From Ktedonobacterales bacterium (GTDB taxonomy: Bacteria > Chloroflexota > Ktedonobacteria > Ktedonobacterales > JADMIN01), in NCBI GenBank assembly GCA_030167145.1, contig CP126532.1, positions 1,200,001 to 1,232,000 of the forward strand: a DNA stretch of 32,000 nucleotides, written 5' to 3'. The translations under genes were made by a program, and so were the position numbers. Positions 25,682 to 32,000 of the stretch are shown here, piece after piece. Position 1 is the first letter of the stretch. Each line of letters begins with the position of its first letter. Under the pieces are notes generated by a model that made no database searches, was not told the DNA's origin, and saw only the letters and a list, made by a program, of their open reading frames with translations.

Positions 25682-27022
25682 ATGGCGACCGTAACAGAGA
25701 TGTCCCGACAACCTCGGGTGGTGATTGTGGGCGGGGGCTTTGGTGGGCTGCGCGCGGCGCGGGCGCTAGGCAAGGCGCCGGTGCGGGTGACACTGATTGA
25801 CCGCAGGAATCATCACGTGTTTCAACCATTGCTCTATCAGGTGGCGACGGCGGCGCTCTCGCCCGCCGACATCAGCGCGCCAATCCGGCATGTGGTGCGC
25901 AAGCAACGCAATACAGAGGTGCTGTTGGCAGAGGTGACGAGTGTGGATGTGGAGCGGCGGGAAGTTCACATCCACGATCTGGCAGGCGGACTGGACCGGT
26001 CGGTGCCCTACGAGTATCTGGTGCTGGCGACGGGGGCTGACCAGAGCTACTTTGGGCATGAGGAATGGGAGCAGTTTGCGCCGGGACTGAAGTCGCTGGA
26101 GGATGCGACGGCGCTGCGGCGTCATATTCTGCTGGCGTTCGAGGCAGCGGAAAATCTGATGACGACGGACCCGGAGGCAGCGCGGACGCTGCTGACGTTC
26201 GTGGTGGTGGGGGCGGGGCCGACGGGCGTGGAGATGGCGGGCGAGATCGCGGAGGTGGCGCGCAAGGCGCTGATCGCGGACTTCCGGCATATCAATCCGG
26301 CGTCGGCGCGGATCGTGCTGGTGGAGGCGATGCCGCACATCCTGGCGGCATACCCTGAAGCGCTGGCGGCACAGGCGACAGCGAAGCTGAAGCGGTTGGG
26401 AGTGGAGGTGCGCACGGACACGCGAGTGGAGGAAGTGGATGCAGATGGGGTGACGATCAACGGGGAAAGGTTGACGGCGAAGACCGTGATCTGGGCGGCG
26501 GGAGTGACGGCGTCGCCAGCGGGGCGCTGGCTGGGCGCGGAGACGGATCGCGCGGGGCGGGTAATGGTGCGCGACGACCTGACGGTTCCAGGCCACCCCG
26601 AAATATTCGTGATCGGAGATACGGCGCATACGATATGGCGCGGCAAACAGTTGCCGGGTTTCGCGCCGGTGGCATTGCAGCAGGGCGCGTATGTGGCGAA
26701 GGTGATTCGCGAGCGCGTGGCGGGGAAGGAGGAGCATGCGCCATTCAGCTATTTCGACAAGGGTACGCTCTCAACGGTAGGGCGGCTGTATGCCATTGCG
26801 GATATTCGCGGGCTGAAGCTAGCGGGGTTCGTGGCGTGGGTGCTGTGGGTGGTAGTGCATATCTTCTTCCTGATCGGGTTCCGCAATCGCTTCGTGGTGA
26901 TGTTCCAGTGGGCGTGGGCGTTCGTGACGTATCAGCGCGGCGCGCGACTGATTACCAATGTGGGTGAAGCACAAACAGAAATAGCGCGACGTGAGTCGGT
27001 GGGCAGTGGCTGGCGGAGGTGA
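25682..27022 (+). CDS. ndh: type II NADH dehydrogenase (NDH-2), FAD-dependent
   Basis: RVVIVGGGFGGL...TLIDRRNHHVFQPLLYQVATA, second Rossmann motif VVVGAGPTGVEMAGE, GDTA, and a C-terminal amphipathic membrane anchor. GGAG lies 7 nt before the ATG. Confidence 0.9.
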   Translation: MATVTEMSRQPRVVIVGGGFGGLRAARALGKAPVRVTLIDRRNHHVFQPLLYQVATAALSPADISAPIRHVVRKQRNTEVLLAEVTSVDVERREVHIHDLAGGLDRSVPYEYLVLATGADQSYFGHEEWEQFAPGLKSLEDATALRRHILLAFEAAENLMTTDPEAARTLLTFVVVGAGPTGVEMAGEIAEVARKALIADFRHINPASARIVLVEAMPHILAAYPEALAAQATAKLKRLGVEVRTDTRVEEVDADGVTINGERLTAKTVIWAAGVTASPAGRWLGAETDRAGRVMVRDDLTVPGHPEIFVIGDTAHTIWRGKQLPGFAPVALQQGAYVAKVIRERVAGKEEHAPFSYFDKGTLSTVGRLYAIADIRGLKLAGFVAWVLWVVVHIFFLIGFRNRFVVMFQWAWAFVTYQRGARLITNVGEAQTEIARRESVGSGWRR

Positions 27023-27042
27023 GCGGCGTCATTTGAGGGAAT

Positions 27043-27068
27043 GGGGGCAGACAGGAATGTCCGCCCCC
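27043..27068. repeat. hairpin repeat, family 2, copy 1 (between convergent ndh and usp)
   Basis: Core GGGGCAGACAGGAATGTCCGCCCC (27044-27067) is identical to 30817-30840. It forms a 9-bp stem with one A-C mismatch and a 6-nt loop. This copy has an extra G-C closing pair. Confidence 0.85.
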
Positions 27069-27124
27069 GTTCGTTGTGCATAGCATGCCAGACATGTGCT
27101 AGCTGGACAGATGCCGGATAGATG

Positions 27125-28051
27125 CTAGATCGTAGATTCGGGGTTTTCTGTGTCCGTTTCGGCTGGCTGCGACTGCGCAGCGGGCGAGTGCAGCGGCGGG
27201 ATGATGACCAGAGGGGTCTCGGCCTGGCGGAGCAGTTCGGTGGCGACACTGCCCAGGAGGAGGCGAGCGACGCGCCCGCGTCCGCGCGTAGTCATCACGA
27301 CAAGACTGCCGTGGTGTTCGGCGGCGAGATGGGCCAGTTCGGTCGCGGGGTCGCCGCTGAGTAGCATGCTTTCGACGGTGAGTTCAGTGGTGGTGGCGAT
27401 ACGCCGCCGCAGATCATGCAGGTAGTGACGGGCATCGCGGGCGTCATCTTCTTGGGTGTGGATTTCGATGGGATAGGGGATACCCGTGCCGACGATTGGC
27501 GCGGGCGAAATGGCACGCACGAGCAGCAGCAACTGCCCGTATGCGCGGGCGAGCGCCTGGGCCATGGGCAGGGCACGCTCGGCCTCTTTGCTGCCGTCGA
27601 GCGGGACGATCACTTCGGCGGTAGGTTTGGTGAGCAGGTCATCAAAGGCCGTACCGGGAAGTTGCTGGGGCCAGATAAGCACTGGTACGGTGGCTTGCCC
27701 AATAATGCGCGCGGTCACACTGGGATGCCGCAATGATTGCAGGATGCTGTGATGCTGAGGGGAAATGACGAGCAAGTCGGCATTGGATGCGAGGGCCGCG
27801 TCGGCAAGCTTTTCGGCTGGGTGGCCGAATTTCATATGGCTTTCGGCGGATAGACCCGCTGCACGGAGCGCCTCTACCCGGCTGTGCAAATTGGCGCTGA
27901 TCTCCATTTCGCCCTGCGGGGGTGCGTCTTCTGGCGAGACGTGTACGAGGATGAGTTGGGCGTGCTCGCGTGCTGCCAGGGCGGTGGCTGCGCTAAACGC
28001 GCCTTCAATGCGTCCAGATCCGTCGTCTGCGAAGAGTATGCGTTTGAACAT
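27125..28051 (-). CDS. universal stress protein, tandem UspA domains
   Basis: MFKRILFADDGSG...LILVHV and a second repeat VIVPLDGS...GSLVVMTTRGRGRVARLLLGSVATELL. ATG 28051 lies 6 nt after GGGAGGA. The ORF-track start 28129 is less likely. Confidence 0.85.
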   Translation of the reverse strand: MFKRILFADDGSGRIEGAFSAATALAAREHAQLILVHVSPEDAPPQGEMEISANLHSRVEALRAAGLSAESHMKFGHPAEKLADAALASNADLLVISPQHHSILQSLRHPSVTARIIGQATVPVLIWPQQLPGTAFDDLLTKPTAEVIVPLDGSKEAERALPMAQALARAYGQLLLLVRAISPAPIVGTGIPYPIEIHTQEDDARDARHYLHDLRRRIATTTELTVESMLLSGDPATELAHLAAEHHGSLVVMTTRGRGRVARLLLGSVATELLRQAETPLVIIPPLHSPAAQSQPAETDTENPESTI

Positions 28052-28308
28052 GATTCGTCCTCCCTGGTCGTTCGAAATCGCTGCCATTTCGCGCCGGAAG
28101 GAGGAAGCAACATACCTCGTATCCAGCATGCTAAGCCTAGCGCCAGGAGGTCACAGAAATATCTCGCCCAGGGGGCGGGCGCTCACAAAGCGGTCACGAG
28201 GCTCGGCGGCATGGCTAGCAGCAGGTGGGCGGGCAATCCGCCGCCTACGCAGCGCTATACTGCCGCAAGCGTCGTGCCGAAGTGGATACTGTGTCGGACA
28301 CGGTTTGG

Positions 28309-28797
28309 CTATGGGGTGAGGGTGTAGGTGTAGAAGTGGTCGTCGCGCTTCCAGCCAGCGGACTCGTAGAGCGCCTGAGCGCTGAGGTTATCGAGGGCAG
28401 TTTGCAAGGATAGTTCGGCGGCGCCGGTGTCGCGCGCGAGGATGCGGGCACGCTCTAGCAGGGCGCGGCCAACGCCGTAGCGGCGGCAGGCTGGGGTAAT
28501 AAAGAGGTCATAGAGAATCCAGACGGGACGCAAGGCGAGTGAGCCGAAGGAGGGGTAGAGCTGGGTGAAGCCGGCAGCGATTTCGCCGTCGGATTGCGGG
28601 AGCAAGGCCAGGAAGATGACCGATTCGTTGCGCTCAATGCGTGCGGCAAGATACGCGCGGGCGGCATCGAGGTCGGCGGGCAGGCCGTAGAACTGGCGAT
28701 AAGCGTCGAAGAGCGGGGCGATGGCATCGAGATATGCCGCCGTCACCTGGATGATGCGCGGTGGGACCGCAGGCGGGGGTGTGTCGCTGAATGGCAT
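28309..28797 (-). CDS. GNAT-family N-acetyltransferase
   Basis: Acetyl-CoA binding motif LFITPACRRYGVGRALLERA and a YESAGW tail. GAGG lies 5 nt before the ATG. Confidence 0.85.
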   Translation of the reverse strand: MPFSDTPPPAVPPRIIQVTAAYLDAIAPLFDAYRQFYGLPADLDAARAYLAARIERNESVIFLALLPQSDGEIAAGFTQLYPSFGSLALRPVWILYDLFITPACRRYGVGRALLERARILARDTGAAELSLQTALDNLSAQALYESAGWKRDDHFYTYTLTP

Positions 28798-28815
28798 CGG
28801 CGCCTCACTGCTCTG

Positions 28816-29205
28816 CTAAGCGCGGCCTTTGGCTTCGGCTTCGGCTTGATGCTCAATGTCGTAGCGTGCTTCGGGCACCCGCCGCAGCCGTGCGAGCGGA
28901 ATGGGTTTGCCGCAGCGCTCGCAGAGGCCATAGGCGCCGGTATCGAACTTGGCGAGGGCATGGGTGACGGCGACCAGTTGGGCGCGCATGTCGGCTTCTA
29001 CCGCGCGCTCGGTGTCCTGTGCTTGCATGTCTACACTTTGCTCGCCGGAGTCTTCGGGGGCATCGGTGCTGGGTTCGTCTTCGGGTGGGGTGTTGGCGCC
29101 TTCAGCGGTGCGCAGCGCGCCGATCTGCTGCTGGAGGTGGGTGCGTTTTGCCTCAAGCTGGGCGCGAAGCTCCGCCAGTTCCGCTGTTGAGAGGTGATTG
29201 CTCAT
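28816..29205 (-). CDS. DksA/TraR-family zinc-finger protein
   Basis: Coiled-coil N-terminus (LRAQLEAKRTHLQQQI), then ALAKFDTGAYGLCERCGKPIPLARL. Only one CxxC pair is visible. ATG 29205 is preceded by GAAGGAA. Confidence 0.75.
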   Translation of the reverse strand: MSNHLSTAELAELRAQLEAKRTHLQQQIGALRTAEGANTPPEDEPSTDAPEDSGEQSVDMQAQDTERAVEADMRAQLVAVTHALAKFDTGAYGLCERCGKPIPLARLRRVPEARYDIEHQAEAEAKGRA

Positions 29206-29244
29206 CTTCGCATTCCTTCTTTCGCTGCCGTGCTGCGCCTGCGC

Positions 29245-29274
29245 TACCATATAACAATAGTATCACCTATGGTA
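29245..29274. promoter_or_regulatory. AT-rich inverted repeat upstream of the DksA/TraR-like gene
   Basis: TACCATA (29245-29251), 16-nt spacer, TATGGTA (29268-29274). On the minus strand the spacer carries an extended -10-like TGTTATATG. Confidence 0.3.
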
Positions 29275-29339
29275 CGACAACATGGCCAGGGGGAGTTTCC
29301 ACCTGACCATGTGCGATATGTTGCGAAACGGCGAGCCGC

Positions 29340-29999
29340 TTAGTTGGTGAAGATGCGGAAGATGTTGCGACCCTTGTCGTCTTCTCCGCCTTGCTGCTGG
29401 CCGCCCGCGCCTTGCTGCTGAGCAGCGCCACCCTGATAGGCCGCGCCGCCGTTGAAGTTGCCACGATTCACGCTAGGCACCGGAGCGGTGGGGCCATCAT
29501 CAGGCCGCGCGGGGGCGCGGTTGCCGAGCCAGTCGGGCACAGCGCCACCGGACGCGGCAGGCTTGCCACTGCCGCCGGCAGGTGATGAGCTGGCGATCTG
29601 GTTGTGGTCAATCCAGTCGTAGGCGCCACCGAGGGCGTGCTCACACCAGGTCGAGTAGTCTTTCGGGGCGAGGCCCGTGCGCTCGAAGTGGTCGAGGCGC
29701 CGCATGGTAAGCAGCAGCCAATCTTCTCCCTGTTCGACCATGCGGTCGAGCAAGTCTACCCCGGTGACGCCGCTTTGTTGCAAGCGCTCGATAGCCTGCA
29801 ACTCGGCGGGCGTGGGGCAGAATGATGCTTCTTTGGCGTCATTCTCACGCAGCTCCGCGCGGAGACCAGCCATAATTTCGTCGAGCTGGCGGGTCACGCG
29901 GTCTACATACCATGCCATGTAGCTATCGCTGAGCTGCTGCATGGCGTCGAGCGGAATCCGCTCGTAGAGCTTTGTGACTGCCGTTGGATCGGAAGCCAT
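29340..29999 (-). CDS. hypothetical protein with a Gly/Gln/Asn-rich C-terminal tail
   Basis: ORF of about 219 aa (ATG 29999, or GTG 30005). Structured-looking N-terminal 135 aa, then SSSPAGGSGKPAASGG...NFNGGAAYQGGAAQQQGAGGQQQGGEDDKGRNIFRIFTN. No family recognised. Confidence 0.6.
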   Translation of the reverse strand: MASDPTAVTKLYERIPLDAMQQLSDSYMAWYVDRVTRQLDEIMAGLRAELRENDAKEASFCPTPAELQAIERLQQSGVTGVDLLDRMVEQGEDWLLLTMRRLDHFERTGLAPKDYSTWCEHALGGAYDWIDHNQIASSSPAGGSGKPAASGGAVPDWLGNRAPARPDDGPTAPVPSVNRGNFNGGAAYQGGAAQQQGAGGQQQGGEDDKGRNIFRIFTN

Positions 30000-30026
30000 T
30001 CCCACACACCCTTCTCGTCGTCCAGA

Positions 30027-30545
30027 TTAGTCCGTATCCGTGGCGTGCTGGCGTTGCCACCAGTCGCCAACTGAGCCAGAGCGGGGCGCCTCACCCGTGA
30101 CGGGCGCCTGAGTCGCCTTGGACTCGGCCTCTTCCCTGGCACGCGAAAGTTCGCGCATCTGGTCCAGGGGATCAGAGGGGATGTTTTCCGCCCGCGCCAG
30201 TAGGCTCGCGACCACCGCCGTATCGGCAGCCTGCGCCGCCGCAACGGGAGCGGGGGTGGCGCTGGCTTTAGCGGTCGCGGGCTTACCCGCGGGCCGAAGT
30301 CGGTCCAAGTCTGGATCCAGTTTCGGCATAGCTGCCTTAATCACGTCAATGTCACTCAGCTTGTGGCCCTGCTGTGTGTAGTTAAGGAGGGCCGCAATGA
30401 TGGGGTTCTCCAGGGGAGGGAGCGCGGTGGGATGGGCTGGAGCCATCTTCTGCACCCGGACCCGTTCCTGCTCGTAGGTGTTAATCTGATCGCGCAGGCG
30501 GCGTCCGATCTCCTGGTGATGCAACCACTGTCTGTACTTGCCCAT
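30027..30545 (-). CDS. hypothetical protein
   Basis: 172-aa ORF with GGAG 7 nt before the ATG. Helical N-terminus, Ala/Pro-rich middle, acidic C-terminus. It stops 27 nt before the next ORF, which suggests an operon. No family recognised. Confidence 0.6.
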   Translation of the reverse strand: MGKYRQWLHHQEIGRRLRDQINTYEQERVRVQKMAPAHPTALPPLENPIIAALLNYTQQGHKLSDIDVIKAAMPKLDPDLDRLRPAGKPATAKASATPAPVAAAQAADTAVVASLLARAENIPSDPLDQMRELSRAREEAESKATQAPVTGEAPRSGSVGDWWQRQHATDTD

Positions 30546-30676
30546 TAGTTACTCCGCTGTCTGTGGGAGGGAGTGTTGTTTCACCCCGAACTCGTCACCG
30601 ACCCGGGAGCATCCCACCACCCTCACTGCCACGGCCGGCCTGCGCGTTGCGGACCCTGCCGAGCTATGACTGGGCT

Positions 30677-30705
30677 AGTATAGCATAGGCGAACAGGGCG
30701 TACAA
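30677..30705 (-). promoter_or_regulatory. sigma70-type promoter candidate for the 30545 operon
   Basis: Minus strand: TTGTAC (30705-30700), 17-nt spacer, TATACT (30682-30677). It predicts a leader of about 125 nt. Confidence 0.5.
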
Positions 30706-30747
30706 TCATCAGCTCCGCATGGGCCATTATGGGCTATTGGAAGCGCG

Positions 30748-30775
30748 GTGCTCCGGCCATCAATGGCCGGAGCAC
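30748..30775. terminator. perfect 28-nt palindrome / strong hairpin downstream of the M16 peptidase gene
   Basis: GTGCTCCGGCCAT (30748-30760), ca, ATGGCCGGAGCAC (30763-30775). No U-tract. Confidence 0.5.
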
Positions 30776-30816
30776 GGACGCGAAGGCATGAATGTCATGG
30801 GAGATTCCGTGCGGCA

Positions 30817-30840
30817 GGGGCAGACAGGAATGTCCGCCCC
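30817..30840. repeat. hairpin repeat, family 2, copy 2
   Basis: GGGGCAGACAGGAATGTCCGCCCC, identical to 27044-27067 and in the same orientation. It lies 33 nt downstream of the M16 peptidase stop on the minus strand. Confidence 0.85.
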
Positions 30841-30872
30841 ACCACAGGATGACCAGAGCGCACGGCGCGCTC

Positions 30873-32000
30873 CTATGAGGCTGCGTCGTCGGATTCGGTT
30901 TCGGATTGGGCGGTGACGCCAAGCTGGGCGGCTTCGACGGGGCCGTAGGCGAGCAGGACATGGCGGTCGGTGAGGGGGTAGCGGTCGAGGACGCGGCGGA
31001 TGTCGGCGATGGTGACGCGCTCGATCTCTTCCATCTCTTCTTCGATGGTGCGCAGGCGGTTTTCGCGGAGCCAGGTGTAGGCGAGGTCTTGCATGCGGCT
31101 GTAGGCGGATTCGCCGTCGAGGACGACACGGCTGACGAGTTTGTCTTTGGCGCGGCGCAGTTCGTCTTCGTGGACGCCGTCGTCTTGCATGCCTTTTAGC
31201 TCGGCCTTGACGAGTTCGAGGACGCCGGGGGCGTGGTCGGGGGTAGTGCTGATGAAGGTGAGTAGCATGCCGGTGTGGTCAAAGGGTGAAAGGGAGGCGG
31301 CGGCGGTTTCGGCGAGGCCTTTCTGAAAGATATTCCAGAAAAGGCGAGAGCCGGTGTGATCGCCAAGGACCATAGCGGCGAGTTCGGCGGGGTAGAGGTC
31401 GGGGTCCTGGAAGCTGACGGCAGGGCAGGCGAGGAGCATGATCTGCTGCTTGAGGTTGGGTTTGACGATGACGCGGGCGGTGGGTTGGGCGGGCAGATAG
31501 GGCTGGGCGGTGCGGCCTTGCTCGCCGCCGCGCCAGTCGCCGCATTTTTCGGCGGCGAGATCGAGCAGTTGCTGCCAGTCGAAGTTGCCAGCGATGGAGA
31601 GGATGAGGTTGTTGGCGGCGTAGCGGCGGGCAGCGTAGTCGCGCATCTGCTCAACTTGCAGGTCGCGGATGCTTTCGCGAGTGCCGAGGACTTCGTGGGC
31701 GAGGGACTGGCCGTCGAAGTAGGTGGCGATGAGCTTGCGGTACGCCTGGCTGGTGGGAACGTCTTCGGAGCGGGCGATTTCTTCGAGGATGACGTTGCGC
31801 TCCATGTCGAAGTCGGTGGCGTCGAGGCGGGGGCGCATCATGTCGCTGAGCAGATCTACAGCACGGGGGAGATATTCGCCGAGGACGCGGGCGTAGTAGA
31901 CGGTTTGTTCGACGGAGGTGAAGGCGTTGAATTCGGCGCCCATGGTGTTGAAGTCAAGGGTAATTTGTTCGGCGTCGCGGTGGGCGGTACCTTTGAATAC
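30873..32000 (-). CDS. M16-family (pitrilysin/insulinase-like) zinc peptidase, 5'-truncated by the window edge
   Basis: The frame stays open to nt 32000 (VFKGTAHRDAEQITLDFNTMGAEFNAFTSVEQTVYYARV), typical of an M16 N-domain after the HxxEH motif. The second inactive-type domain follows. Confidence 0.85.
   Translation of the reverse strand, partial: VFKGTAHRDAEQITLDFNTMGAEFNAFTSVEQTVYYARVLGEYLPRAVDLLSDMMRPRLDATDFDMERNVILEEIARSEDVPTSQAYRKLIATYFDGQSLAHEVLGTRESIRDLQVEQMRDYAARRYAANNLILSIAGNFDWQQLLDLAAEKCGDWRGGEQGRTAQPYLPAQPTARVIVKPNLKQQIMLLACPAVSFQDPDLYPAELAAMVLGDHTGSRLFWNIFQKGLAETAAASLSPFDHTGMLLTFISTTPDHAPGVLELVKAELKGMQDDGVHEDELRRAKDKLVSRVVLDGESAYSRMQDLAYTWLRENRLRTIEEEMEEIERVTIADIRRVLDRYPLTDRHVLLAYGPVEAAQLGVTAQSETESDDAAS

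Noticed and set aside
25766-26737. 323-aa minus-strand ORF antisense to ndh
   Set aside because: The sequence is extremely Arg/His/Pro-rich and not protein-like. It overlaps a confidently identified NDH-2 gene. It is a GC-rich antisense artefact.

Overview
GC-rich bacterial chromosomal window with Shine-Dalgarno-led genes: about 26 protein genes, one tRNA and one disrupted gene. I see no transposase, integrase, CRISPR array, reverse transcriptase or recognisable defence or toxin module, so most of it looks like ordinary core chromosome. Layout: (i) 1-9.3 kb, plus strand, holds a Pil-Chp/Tfp-class chemosensory operon. It comprises an unknown ORF, two CheY-like receivers, a CheW-like protein, an MCP, a 1474-aa hybrid CheA with two Hpt domains and a C-terminal receiver, and possibly a small trailing ORF. 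No CheR or CheB is visible. (ii) 9.3-17 kb is housekeeping: leuB, a membrane-anchored unknown, a DUF5658-like membrane protein, hflX, tRNA-Val(CAC) and a cytoplasmic GH38 mannosidase-family enzyme. (iii) 17.2-23.9 kb holds a zinc-ribbon membrane protein, then a six-gene minus-strand module: HisKA_3 kinase, NarL-type regulator, CcdC-like protein, GIN-domain lipoprotein, ABC ATPase and ABC-2 permease. (iv) 24.1-25.4 kb holds padR plus its partner membrane gene. (v) 25.7-32 kb holds ndh (NDH-2), a tandem USP, a GNAT, a DksA/TraR-like protein, two unknown proteins and a 5'-truncated M16 peptidase. The most unusual observation is the padR partner gene, which stays in one reading frame for 324 codons yet contains five internal stop codons (4 TAG, 1 TAA) and no frameshift. 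Other points worth a second look are two families of exact short hairpin repeats at gene 3' ends, a Gly/Tyr/Asn/Gln-rich tandem-repeat tail on the chemoreceptor, and candidate operator repeats. All family assignments come from reading motifs by eye; no database search was run.
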